DNA of 64,000 bases from Rhina ancylostomus. Taxonomy: Eukaryota. The stretch is from contig JARFYF010000112.1 of the NCBI GenBank assembly GCA_030265395.1, positions 27,431,872 through 27,495,871 on the forward strand, read 5' to 3'. A model generated the notes under the pieces. That model made no database searches and was not told the origin of the DNA. It saw only the letters and a program-made list of their open reading frames with translations. This document shows positions 1 to 12,176 of the stretch, piece by piece. Each line of letters starts with the position of its first letter. The stretch's first letter is position 1. The translations under genes were made by a program, and so were the position numbers.

Positions 1-22
1 GTGTGTGTGTGTGTGTGTGTGT
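1..22. repeat. (GT)n microsatellite, truncated by window edge
   Basis: 11 perfect GT units. Confidence 0.95.
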
Positions 23-499
23 CCAGACCCACTCAGACTGGATGATGCTCTGCATTCAGAAATAAATCAAACACACCATGCAGTCTGGGTGTAAACTTAA
101 AGACTGACTGGAGGGCAAGGGTTCTGGACTGTAGCAGGCCCCCATGAAACTGTGACATACATATGCAGCATGCCAAGGAGGGACAGAGTCAGAAGAGTAA
201 AAACCCACATTTCAATGGCTTTTGGCATGGTCCAAGTTTTTACAATGAGCCTAAATATGTCATTGAAGCTGAGAGATTCCTTCCAACATCTCCAGAAGAC
301 ACAGCACTATGAAGCTGAAAATTGTTTAATCCAGACTAGTACAAAATTGAACCCATTTCTGGCTGCCTTAACGCTAACAAGAAAATAAAACTTTGCGACA
401 GAATTTTTGTTTGCCCAGCACCTATTTTGACATAAAATTCCCCTAAATGATGTCAACAATGCTGCAACATACCAAATCTAGGAATTGCAAACGTAAGAG

Positions 500-730
500 T
501 TGCTGGTACATCTAATAAAGTATTCAGGAGAAACTTTTTTAACTCACTAAGTGGTGGGAAGGTAGAGCTTGCTTGCACTTGGTGCCTTTACTAAAATGTA
601 GATGTGTTTAAGGGAAAACTTGAGAAAGAAATGAAAAGAGAGAATTGCCTACTGGGCAGGAGAGGCCAGAGTGGAATGTACACACCAGCATGGGCTAATG
701 GGTTCAATGGTCTGTTTCTGTGCTTTAAAT
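500..730 (+). mobile_element. Decayed CR1 LINE 3' end
   Basis: aggagaaactttttt...tttaagggaaaacttga...gggttcaatggtctgtttctgtgct resembles the CR1 ORF2 end and 3' tail. Confidence 0.5.
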
Positions 731-784
731 CTCCAAAACTTGCGAAGTTAAATGAAAGAATTCCATATTCAGAGTTGTACTGAC

Positions 785-990
785 CATAGGGATGTCCTGT
801 CAGCCACATGGAGGGACTACCTGTACGAGGAAGCCAGGGATGAGATGCGAGGTGTGAGGTGGGATCGGTAGGCCAGCGACCAGATCCAGCTAGAGCTGGG
901 CCTCCCATCACCATCAGATTTGAGTTCAGACCACCGCTGCTGCAGCCCGCAGGATGTAACCGGGCAAAATCCGCCAACTCCTTACTCTCT
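785..990 (-). CDS. TNRC18: TNRC18 coding exon (206 nt, phase 2-1)
   Basis: (R)ESKELADFARLHPAGCSSGGLNSNLMVMGGPALAGSGRWPTDPTSHLASHPWLPRTGSPSMWLTGHPY(G) matches recalled human RESKELADLARLHP...WLAGHPYG. Acceptor cccgcag|A; donor TATG|gtcagt. Confidence 0.95.
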
Positions 991-1590
991 CTGCGGGTGG
1001 ACAAGAAAATAGCAAATTAGATTCAATCAAAAATAAAGCAAAATAAAACCTTACCGTATAATCTAAATCATACATTGCACAAAGGAAATTTATGTGCATT
1101 TAAAATTTATTCTGAAACAACCCGTATGGAAACTGGTAAATGGGCATTATTATAGTTGTAATTACTGAATGAACGTGATTGAATAATTTACAACTGAGAA
1201 AACTTTTGAATTAGATACGTTGTAAAATCTCTGAGGAAATAAAAATCCATGTGCACCAACAATCTGATAGATTTGACTTATAACCCTGTGCTTTCATTTG
1301 AAATAAAAGATGTGCCAATAGGGCGACATTGCACAGCCAAGGTGGGGTGGGGGTGGAGGTGGGGAAGAAGCTGTTTGTAGCCACCGTGATTTCAGTACAG
1401 GAGAGGAAATGGTCACTTAGGTCCTCCAGCACGTACCACCATTCACTGAGATCATGGCTGGTCTGTGACCACACTTCATTTTGGAAATCAGCATTGCAAA
1501 GCTTTTTCTACTGGAATTAAATTTGAGGAATTTGAATACATTTCACAATCTTCCATTCAAGCATAACGAAACGAAAAGATGCAACTAAGT

Positions 1591-1880
1591 GGCAGGCACG
1601 ATAGTGTAGCAGTTAGCGTAACGCTTTACAGCACCAGCTACCCGGGTTCAATTCTGGCTGCTGTCTGTAAGGAGTTTATACATTCTCCCTGTGTCTGCAT
1701 GGGTTTTCTCCAGGTGCTCTGGTTTCCTCCCACATTCCAAAGACATATGGGTTAGGAAGTTGTGGGCAGGCTATGCTGGCGCCGGAAGTGTGGTGACACT
1801 TGCGGGCTGCCCCCAGAATACTCTGCACAAAAGATGCATTTCACTGTGTGTTTCGATGCACATGTGACTAATAAAGATAT
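1591..1880 (+). mobile_element. tRNA-derived V-SINE with Rex-like tail
   Basis: Pol III A-box-like tagtgtagcagttag and B-box gggttcaattc; V-core ctccaggtgctctggtttcctcccacattccaaagac; tail tttcactgtgtgtttcgatgcacatgtgactaataaa. Confidence 0.85.
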
Positions 1881-1927
1881 GATCTGATCTCAAGAAGACT
1901 ATTTTTCAGTGGTCTGGAAAGAGAGGA

Positions 1928-2211
1928 GAGTCAAGTCAAGTGTATTGCCATCTGCAGAAGTACAGTGAGGTACAGGTACAATGTAAAACTTACTTGCAGC
2001 GGCATCACCAGAATGTACGTTCAGACCACACACAAAATATAAATTCCTAAAAAAAATTATACAAGGGAGCGAAGGCAGAAAAAGACTGTGCAAAACAAGA
2101 CATTAGTGACAAATAAAGCACAATCAGAGACACATCAAGAGGTGGTCCATAATGTTCTGTTGCTGAGGTAGGATTCGGGTTGGGCAGGTCAGATCCCAAG
2201 AACCTGATAGT
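1928..2211 (-). mobile_element. LINE 3' end (Rex/Babar-like) running into an assembly gap
   Basis: agtcaagtcaagtgtattgcca...gtacaatgtaaaacttacttgcagcggcatcac...tcccaagaacctgat resembles a fish Rex-type 3' UTR in reverse. Confidence 0.55.
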
Positions 2212-3804
2212 NNNNNNNNNNNNNNNNNNNNNNNNNNNNNNNNNNNNNNNNNNNNNNNNNNNNNNNNNNNNNNNNNNNNNNNNNNNNNNNNNNNNNNNNN
2301 NNNNNNNNNNNNNNNNNNNNNNNNNNNNNNNNNNNNNNNNNNNNNNNNNNNNNNNNNNNNNNNNNNNNNNNNNNNNNNNNNNNNNNNNNNNNNNNNNNNN
2401 NNNNNNNNNNNNNNNNNNNNNNNNNNNNNNNNNNNNNNNNNNNNNNNNNNNNNNNNNNNNNNNNNNNNNNNNNNNNNNNNNNNNNNNNNNNNNNNNNNNN
2501 NNNNNNNNNNNNNNNNNNNNNNNNNNNNNNNNNNNNNNNNNNNNNNNNNNNNNNNNNNNNNNCTGACATGTTAATGTGGGCTTTCGACTTTCCTGTCACA
2601 GAGGTGTGTGTGCCTTTAGTCTTTTTAGGATTTGAGGAAAAAAACTGATGACAATTGATTTGAGGGTTGAAGCAATTTGCTTAACCATTACACATTCACT
2701 TGCATGCACTGCTTTATTTTGAATCAAAGCAGGATGAATGTAACAAAGTTTAAGATCAAATTGCAGGACATCAGCATATAGACAACTGCCACAGATGAAT
2801 ATTTACAAGCAGTGGATGTTAAATTCACGGAAGACTGGGAGAGTGAGAGAATGTGGAGGGACAGATTTCTGAAGGCTCTGACCTATGCAGTAACTCACAA
2901 ACTTCCTAAAGTTAAAGCATGAATGGTCAGATTTGTATTTTTCAAACCTTACTGTGTTATCTTTTATGTACATACATGTAGCTATTGTGAGGGAGCTGGG
3001 AAAGTGAAGTTTGAAAGCACTTTGTAGGACGAACATCTTAAGCTTTCATCTTTGACTTATCTGTGCAAGCAGAAAGACAGGAAAGCATAAATCACTCAAC
3101 AGTCTAACANNNNNNNNNNNNNNNNNNNNNNNNNNNNNNNNNNNNNNNNNNNTATGCACACACTCAGCCATGCTAACAAAAGGCAAACAAACAACTTCTG
3201 AGGAAATCAGCCAATGCCACCAGTCTCCAGCCGGTTGTTTCAGAAACCTTTCATCCCAGACAAATAAAAGGAGGGCCATAAAAAGATATTTTATAAAAAA
3301 CATTCTTTTCTCTCCAAAGACAAATTCCCCATCATTGTTCTGCTTTCATAAGTGAAGGCTAAAAGCTTTTCTGCCATTTATGTGAGGCCAAGCAGGCTGC
3401 TTTCTTTCTCTGTAACACCATCAGTTGATTTTCATCAGCCTTGAGGTCAAGTTTAGAACAACATAATCTGCCAAAAAAATGTGATCATGGCCAGTTACCC
3501 CATCCCCAAAACCAAGGTGGCTCTAACCATTGTTGTATACTGGACACGCTGTGGCAGGAATATTAGAAATTAAGTGCCAGATTCAAGAAGGGTGCATAGG
3601 GAAGGTATAACAGAATTAAACCAAAAATGCCAAGACACAATCGATATGCAAGAGTCCAGTTGGCAGAAACACAGTTCTTTCTGAACAATGCAGGTATCTA
3701 TTCAAACGTGCAGCATGGAGTCCAGCTCAAGCTTGCTCTTCTTCAGCGGAGTCTTGATGGAACTTGAGCACTCAGACAGGTGGTTGTCCCATTACTTACC
3801 CCTG

Positions 3805-3806
<2 letters not shown>

Positions 3807-3844
<38 letters not shown>

Positions 3845-4120
3845 GCGCACACGCACATGCACTCGCAAACACATTTGCAGACATACATGCTTACAGATAC
3901 AAATGCTTATAGAAGACACTCGAGGATATAGGCACATACTCACAGAGAGACACACACACACAAACGTGCAGACACACACTGATAAACACAATTGCAGGTG
4001 CACGTGTATACATACACAGCCACACATAGATACAGACATATATCAACAGAAAAACAGGCAGACATACACAGGTATGTACACACATGCATTTGTAGGTACA
4101 ACACAGATACACAGGCACAC
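3807..4120. repeat. (CA)n microsatellite with long degenerate CA-rich extension
   Basis: Perfect AC run from 3807 to about 3843, then about 280 bp of interrupted CA/CACAT units. Explains the HTHT/VCVC ORFs. Confidence 0.9.
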
Positions 4121-4599
4121 AGGGCGAATTAGCAGGTAAAGAAGACAGTTTGATTTCCCTGCTACAACAGATTTCTGCTTCATGTGAGCCAAGTCATGAA
4201 GTGGCACCAACATTAGCTGAGGACAAACCTCTGACCAATATTTGCTCAAAGTGAGCTTTTACTGGTGGCATAGAGCAGCTTCCTACATTTTGGGACAACT
4301 TTCAAATGTAGAGAGAAAATTTCCAACAGAACTTAAAAACCCTTGATATTTTACATAAACATTCATTTGCAATTTCATTTTTAAAGAGTATCATTAAACT
4401 ATTATGGAAAGTGCACACAGTAATATGTTGCTAATTGACTAATGAAACATTGTGAAGTGAATTCAATATTAAAATGTCTGCTGAGTTGCTTTAAATGTTA
4501 ACACCACAGGGACAGGCATTGTGGTGTCAGAATGCCAGGAGTCTTCAGAGACACCTTAATTGTGGCCATATTAAAAAAAGAAGTTAAATTCAATTGTGG

Positions 4600-5830
4600 T
4601 AACTAAACCCTGCTGACTGCCACAGAGCAAGTGATCAGCAGGGTGCTCCTCATCTGCCTCCTCCCAGTGGCAGAAGAGCTGCTCTCTAGATCACAGTGTG
4701 GATTCCATCTATTGAAGAGCACATTGGACACATTCTTCTCCATGCAACAACTCCAAGAGAAATACCTGGCCTTGCTGAACTCTTAATAGCTCCTTACTCT
4801 ATCAATCAAGAGGGACTGTGATGCATCCTTCTCAAATTTGGCCTCCATGGGAATTTGACTCTGTTTTTGCCTCTGCTACATAACTGCAAGCTGTGATCTT
4901 AACTGACAAATCCACTGCTGTCAAGCAAGGCTACGTCATTGCCTCACACCTCACCAATCATTTTTCTTGTAATGTTGCAGCACGGCTCCAATAAGCTTCC
5001 CACTGGATTGAAGATGATCTACAGGGCAAATGGAATTTAACAGTGCCTCTGCTCCAGAATCAAGGGGACTCTAACTTCATTTATTGAGCTGCAATATGTA
5101 GATGACACCTGTGTATGTACAAGCTCAGAGGCCAAGCTTCAGGTGATCACTGAACTCTCCAAGAGAATGAGCCTTATACTTTATATTCACAAGAGCAAGG
5201 TCATTTACCAACCTGCCCCCTGCCAATAAAGGTCCACAAGGAGATCCTGAAAAACATGGACTGTTTCCCATATCTCAATGAAGGTAGACATTGATGATGA
5301 AATTCGATATCACCTTCAGGGCATCAGCACAGCTTCTGACTATTTGAAGAAAAGAGTTTATGAGGATCAAGCCCCAAGACTCAGCACAAAGCTCATCATC
5401 AACCAAGCAGCAGAGATCACTGCCCTCCTGCACGCACCTAAAGCATGGACTACATACAGCAGGAACCTCAAGGCACAAGGGACATATCACCAATGCTATA
5501 GCAGTAATATCCTTCAAATCCACTGACAGATTAAGCAAACAAACATTAGTGTCCTCTCTCAGACTTACACCCAAAGCATGGACGCCCAATTCCAAAGGGC
5601 AGGCTACGTTAGTTGCGAGCTCAACACTCTGCTCTGAGAAGTCATGGTAAAAAATTAGTTGTTGGACAGCAAACGCAATTCAAGGATATTCTCAAAGCCT
5701 CCTTGAAAACATTTAACATTTCCAGTGAACCACGGCCACTGAAAATGGAGAAGGAGCTTTTAGGGTGGGGCCTTAAGACCATTGATTGGGAGTCCAATGT
5801 AAATAGTGGAAGGATTGCACCACCTGCCCC
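4600..5830 (+). mobile_element. RTE-clade LINE ORF fossil (RT domain and downstream), frameshifted
   Basis: Fragments read LLPVAEELL.RSQCGF, QQLQEK, VKQGYVIA, ELQYVDD (YADD motif), DIDDEIRYHLQ...STKL...WTTYSRNLK, FKDILKASLK. Confidence 0.88.
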
Positions 5831-5944
5831 TCGTGTATCACCAGTTGGCTGGAGCTGATAACTTTATACAGCCATCCTGGGTTAATAAGAGCCTGGAGAC
5901 TGCACTGCACCATTTTTTGGCTGGTTAAGCCATCAGTGGTCACT

Positions 5945-6300
5945 TGGGAGAACACTCACTCCTGTGTTAAGGTCCTCTGAGTAAATGAGTTTTGGGTTCA
6001 GCAGGAATTTGGCTTATATCAATGCAGTACTGTGGGAATACTGATGAGGCATTCAACCAAGGTCTCACTAGCCCTCTCTGGGGCAAAAGATACTGTGGTA
6101 TTATTTCAAAGCCCTGACACATATTCATCTCACCAGCACCAATAAGACAGATTACCTAAGTATTGTCATGTTGCTATTTGTGGCACCTTGCTGTCCCATC
6201 TCCTACATTACAGCAATGTCTACATTTCCAAAAGTACACATTGCGTGCAAGGTGCTTTGGGACAGCCAGTTATGAAAGGCGCTGTACAAATCTCAGTAAA
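5945..6300 (+). mobile_element. Deu-domain SINE (SacSINE1/AmnSINE1-like), decayed
   Basis: aaagatactgtggtattatttcaaag...acagattacct...tgttgctatttgtggcaccttgctgt...cctacattacagc...gtgctttggga...tgaaaggcgctgtacaaat. Confidence 0.7.
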
Positions 6301-8321
6301 TTTTTTCCAGTCCAGTTAGTGATGCCTCCATGTACCCAGTGAAGCAACAACAGATGTCAGAGAGATCCTCTGTTGTCATTCACTATATATCTACCACACC
6401 TAAAAATTAGCCAGCTCTCTTTAATAACACCTGTAGATAATATTTATGAAAATTTTGGAACACACTGCTAATATTCTTATTAAAGCACAAAATCTCCTTA
6501 AAAAGGAACTTAATAGGTTAAGTTTGATATAGAATGCTACTTTTTGGGTAAGTCCCAATCAGTAATCATCTAACAAAAAGGAAAAACCAACTGTTGTGAA
6601 TCAGGATTATTTAACAACATTAGACAAGTAAACCAATAAAGGACTTCTTTGTGCTCCACCATTAGCTCTTCCATCTTGGATTCATGCCAGCTTTATGCAA
6701 CACAGCTGCACCCATGTCACTCTGTTCAGCTTGACCCTGTCTCGTTGACTGGGGTTGGTGGAGCACCAGACACTGTTGTGTCTTGCTGCTGTACCCGGAG
6801 TCCTTGTGGGAACAGACTCGTGGGCAGTGAACTACAATAAAAAGAAAAGATAAAACTAACACATGGCCTTCAGGGAACCAATAGTAAAAAAATGATTCCT
6901 CTAGGGTACTGCTTTTAAAAAGTGTTTGCTTTGGATTGTCTGAACATAATAACACTCTGAAGAGGTAAAACTTAGTGTGATGGAATTAATTTGGACATTT
7001 CTCATTTCCTACATTTTTGCATGGAGTGAATGGGCCTGATTGTTTTTTATGAAAAGAGTTTGTTCTATACATGGTTTACACTGAGGTTACTGTCACTGTA
7101 CAATCCTTACGAGACATTACTTCAACCTCACTAATTGGTGATATTTCCCTCTAAAAAGTTACTTTCTCCTTTTTAAGTTGTTCTAAGCAGATATGTTATG
7201 GCTTTACTCAATATCCAAATATTATCAATGCTCCAGCCTTGCACATAAAGCAGCTTCCATAGCTTGAGGACATGCTGAAGCATTTCACAATCAGTGAAGT
7301 CCTTTAGAAGTATAATCATTCTGGTCACGTAAGTAAATATGAAAAGCAATTCTGCAGGAGGTAAGATCCCAGAAAGACCAAAGCAAACAACTGACGATTG
7401 ACTACAAATATGAGTATGAAAATCTGTTTCCCAGAGAATACAATGCCATCAGTTGAACCAAATCACTTCAGAACTTCAACTGGGCACTGGAATGTTGAAT
7501 CCATGCATGGACATGCCTCTTCCTGCATTGGACATCAATCTATTGCAAATTAGATCATGCTGATCCAATATGCATCATACATTGGGCTCTTATAACTCAA
7601 GGGGGTTTTTACAGCAATGCTTGTTCAGGAGGTGGGCAATTTCATTGGTCCCGGCCTGGAATAGTGAACAGGACTCAGGCAGGCCCTAATAAAGCTATTT
7701 ACTTACAGGGTCTCATCCATTGCAGTACCAACTGCACTCACCCATTCTCCCCAACCACCCCCTTCACATAATCGCTCAACATCTGATTCCACCATCAATT
7801 ACAAAAAACCCCACCCTGATGGGCAGCAACCGTCCAACTTAACTGCCAATCACAGCTCCTTGAGTCTTTGCCTCCCCAGCATCAACCAACTCCCGATCAG
7901 CGAAGCCCTGCTATGTGACCAGTCCCATCCACTGCCAGTTGCAGGGAGCTGACCACCTTCTCCAACCCTTTTCTGATTTGGGACCTTCCTTCTATTCCTG
8001 ATTTCTATCACGTACTTTGCATTGGAAAAGCCTTTTCTAGAGTCAATTTAGTAATGATAAAGTCAAAGGCATGCATGATGCCACAGAAGCAAGTGGTATC
8101 AGAGCATAGGGAGATTAATGGCAACAGAGCTACAGGCAACAAGGTCCAAAAGGGTCAGTTTGATGACCAAATACTTGTCATATGAGAACTTCTACAAGCA
8201 AAGGACCTTCAAGACATTATTGCCATCATCAAAGACAGGAATCCTACTGGATGGCATTCAGGTGGTGGGCCACATTTTTGATTTTACCAGTTGTCAAGCC
8301 TGACCCAGTTGCACACATCGA

Positions 8322-8549
8322 AAAAAAATCTGCAGGTGTTGAAAATCTGAAATAAAAACAGAAAATGCTAGAAACACTCAGCCGATTAGGTAGCACATGT
8401 GGAGAATGAAACAGAGTTACAGTTTCAGGTCAATAACCCTTCGAAAGAGCTCTGATGAAAGGTCATTGACCTGAAAAGTTAATTTTGTTTATCTATCCAC
8501 ACATGCTGCCTGACCTGCTGAGTTTTCCCAGCATTTTCTGTTTTTATTC
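8322..8549. mobile_element. Palindromic Penelope-type terminal repeat with hammerhead-like core
   Basis: About 90-bp imperfect inverted arms (8352-8442 and 8457-8548). CTGATGA-A-AGGTC att GACCT-GAAA at 8452-8476. Confidence 0.8.
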
Positions 8550-8650
8550 TAAATTCACACGAGCTGAGCTGATATGGCCAATCCTGCGTTAAAGCCCTGA
8601 GGCAGTAAGACACAACAGTGAAAATGCTTCAGTGGCTCTGGACCACTCAC

Positions 8651-8741
8651 CTCAATAGCTTCTCCTGCTCTCGGGCAATGAGACGCTCCTCCCGATGGCG
8701 GTGCCGATCATCACTCCGCTCTTCATCTGTCCGCCCATGTC
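8651..8741 (-). CDS. TNRC18: TNRC18 coding exon (91 nt, phase 1-2), absent from ORF track
   Basis: Manual translation (G)HGRTDEERSDDRHRHREERLIAREQEKLL(R) matches recalled human GHGRADEDCVDDRARHREERLL...DQEKLLR. Acceptor cttgcttgaag|GA; donor TTGAG|gtgagt. Phases join both neighbours. Confidence 0.93.
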
Positions 8742-8789
8742 CTTCAAGCAAGAAAGAGACCAAATGTCATCTCTCAAAATAACACCATA

Positions 8790-9430
8790 ATCTCAACAAC
8801 AAAACAGCAGTATATTTATGTACTTCCTTTAACACAGCAAAACATCCAAAGGTGCTGCACTGAATTGTCATCAAACAAACCTCTGACTCACATAAAGAGA
8901 TATTGGGATAGATGATTAAGAAGTTGAGTTTAAAGAGCATCCTAAAGGGGGAAAGGGAGAAAGAGATGGAGGGGCTTAGGGAGAGAAATCCAGGTCTTGA
9001 GGACTTGGGAGGTGAAAGCAGCAAAATTCAAGGAGAATTTAGAATTGGAGAATAAATGGCGAGCAAAGATGGAAGGTGGTAATTAAGGAGACAGTGAGGG
9101 ATAAGTCCATGGAAGAATGGGAAACGTGGGTGAGAATTTCACACTTGTGGCTCTGCTTAACTGAAACCAATAAAGTCAGTAAGTACAGGAATGATGGAGA
9201 AACAGGACATAGAGTGAGCTAGGACATGTGCAGCAGGATTTTGGAGGACCCTGGCTTTTTAGACGGAGTGCAAAAAGCCAAATATGTTCTGGAATGTTTA
9301 AGTCCAGGTGTAGAGAAGGGAAGGGAGGAGTGTTTAGGCATCAGGTGAACTTGAGGCGGGGTGGAGTCAGGTGATGGCACAGAAGTGGAAGGAGGTAGAC
9401 TTTGTCATGGTGCAGATACATGGCCCAAAG
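8790..9430 (-). mobile_element. L2-like LINE 3' fragment
   Basis: Tail tatatttatgtacttcctttaacacagcaaaacatccaaaggtgctgcac, then purine-rich gtttaaagagcatcctaaag...gggagagaaatccagg typical of reverse L2. Confidence 0.6.
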
Positions 9431-11774
9431 TTCCTCGGTCACGTAATACACACATTTTTAGCTATTTAAGTTTGAAGAGCTTTGAAAAGTGCTGCCAAAG
9501 AGATTGAACTGTTACTCTTCTACTGGCAGATGACACGATAATTTGAAATGGAACTTTGTGAGGCTTTCAAACTAAGAAATGTAGAAACGATCACACCATT
9601 ACAAAAATATCATTGCCTCTGAAAATATTTCCAACTGAAGATGCAACCTCATTTATCCAAGTGAAAAGCTTTAATTCTAAGCATCCAATTTTGTTTTAAT
9701 CATGGCAATTGATAGGATATGCAGGTGGAAAAGGTGAAGGAAGAATCCATGGGACATTTGTTTAATAAATTGTAGTAAATGGATATGTTCTAATCTCACA
9801 GCACAATTAGTTCAGTCATCACAGGGTGGGTACAGCACTGGATCTTTATGAGCAACTTTCATCAGGGCGGTGCCATTAAAACAATTCCTACTTGTACTCT
9901 GTTCCCCTACAGCAGAAAGCAGAAGAACCCAGCAGATTTCACTTGAAGATCCTATTAACATCTCATTAATCAACTATTTGACACAGTGTCACTAACACCT
10001 TTCAGAGCCTTACCAAGATCCTTTCAAAAGCAGGTTTGCCCAAGAATCACCAAAGGTTTCGAAGCAAATCAATTTTATTTAAGTAAATATGCAGTGAATC
10101 AGGGTTAAGTGAACATTGTTCTAAATGTTAAAGCCCATGATAAAGAATCACAGCACAGGCACAGCCACATGAATCATCAGGTCTCTTCCTCATTTTTCAA
10201 TGCATTTAATACTCCTGGTTTACAAGCATAAGTCTTGGTTGACTTTTGAGAAAGCATCTGCTTCAATGGTGGTATTGAGAGAATTTCACATTTGTGCCAC
10301 TTGATTTTACCTCCCTTTTGTTTCTTCTGTGACGGACAATCTTAAGCGCTGGTTGAGAAACAATCTGCTGCTATTATCTAATCCTGTAACCCTCCTTCAT
10401 CTCAAGGAACTTCAATGATTCTTGAACACTGGTCTGTTTGTGTTCAGGTCTGTGCCTTTTGTCCCACTATCACCAATACCTCAACCCATCTGTGGCTAAA
10501 TTCACTTGCACATCAGCCCCTTACCAAACACAACCAATAACACAACAGGAAACCTTTCATATATGCTGCTGGGATATCCCTTTTGCTGCTTTCACATTCC
10601 CACAGTGAATCAATCTGATTTCAAAAACAGCAAAGAAAAAAATAAAGATTTCTCCACACTTCNNNNNNNNNNNNNNNNNNNNNNNNNNNNNNNNNNNNNN
10701 NNNNNNNNNNNNNNNNNNNNNNNNNNNNNNNNNNNNNNNNNNNNNNNNNNNNNNNNNNNNNNTCCACACTTCAAAATTGTCATAGTTTACAACAGTAAAC
10801 TTTTAATTTAACTTGAATCATAAAAATGCATTGCTGATCCCTGCATAAAATAGAGCAGGTCATGGTGTTGGGACAGGCAGGCCTTGCAAAGAACATTCAT
10901 CCTCAGAAAGGAGTATTCAGTGTGCACTGGAAGGCAGTACATTCAGAATTTCCATTACAACCACTACTTATTCTGGACCTGTTCCAGCTATTATGGATGG
11001 GAATTAATATCACAGTCTTGGTGTTTAAGTCACGTCACATTAAAATTGACAAAAACGTCACTTTATAGGCTATCGCTTTCACACTGGCCTGCTCTGATAT
11101 CCAACATGTGTTAGCCAAAATAACACAAAAAAAACATGTGCTTAGACACTGGGTTGCCCAGTTCTGTGATTTTATGCACTGTTGATTCAATTTTAATTAT
11201 GTCAATTACCAAGGAAAATCAGAGACTTAGATGTCTAGGATCTGGGACTATTGTGTGACTCAGTGATAGTGCAGTTCACACATATCAAAACATGGCTTCA
11301 CTATGCTTGTAATATCTCCTTTCGTATAACTTACAAGGAAGCTGCCTGAGAAGATCTCAGGGAACCCATCGTATGTATCTGGGCAAGTGGGGGTGCAGAG
11401 GTGGAACAGTAAAAGTGAAATGGTGATCCTCTCATCAGCCAATGATTACCTGTATTCACACACTGACAGGGGTCAACCAATATTGGGCTGGCCAGGAAAT
11501 CAGACCAATTCTAACCTTCTGTTCCCATAACACTACCCATTGGAGATCACAGGTTGAACCTGAGACATTCCCACTTTCAATGGACAACATACTATTACAT
11601 CATGTATTTGCCATCTGACACTTTGAGCATTCAGTGAGTCAAAGTTCATGCAAGGTGCAAAAAAATGTTTTAAAGATTCTATGTGAAATAATAATCTGGG
11701 CCCAGATGTGGAAGAAAAGTATTTCTGATGCCTAAATTTAACAGTTCAAATTATTTCTTTATGGTTCAGACTCT

Positions 11775-12176
11775 CTGCAGGCATCTTATACTCAATGCAG
11801 CTAAGAAGAATGAGAGATGAACTCACTGAAAAATATGAAGTAGCTTGTCAGGGTAGCTGCGGAGAGGATGTTAACGCTTGTGGGGTAATCTAGAAACATA
11901 AGATTTAGCTTCAGAATAAGGAATCATCCATATTTGGGATGTGGAAGAATTTCTTTCAGAAGATCATGAGCCTTTGGTATTTTGTACCCTACAGAGCGGT
12001 GGTGGCCAAGCATTAAATATATTCCAGGCTGAAATACACTTCTAGGCTATCAGGGAGTCAAAGGTTATGGTGAACAGGTAAGAAAGCAGATTTCAGTCCT
12101 GTATTAGATCAGATATGATTCACTGAATGATACAGTAAGCTTGTGGAGCTACTTCTGCACCAAGTTCTTATGTTCT
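11775..12176 (+). mobile_element. CR1 LINE 3' fragment
   Basis: agaagaatgagagatgaactcactgaa (RRMRGDLIE-like)...gaagaatttcttt...ttagatcag...ttcttatgttct tail. Confidence 0.75.

Noticed and set aside
1594-1660. tRNA gene
   Set aside because: The A and B boxes belong to a SINE head that continues into the V-core. No full cloverleaf is evident.
2180-2599. ORFs made of X residues here and at other gaps
   Set aside because: Artefacts of N runs.
3688-4249. His/Thr- and Cys/Val-rich ORFs
   Set aside because: Translations of the CA microsatellite.
8322-8549. Pre-miRNA interpretation of the long hairpin
   Set aside because: Related copies elsewhere in the window show it is a repeat, and there is no small-RNA evidence.
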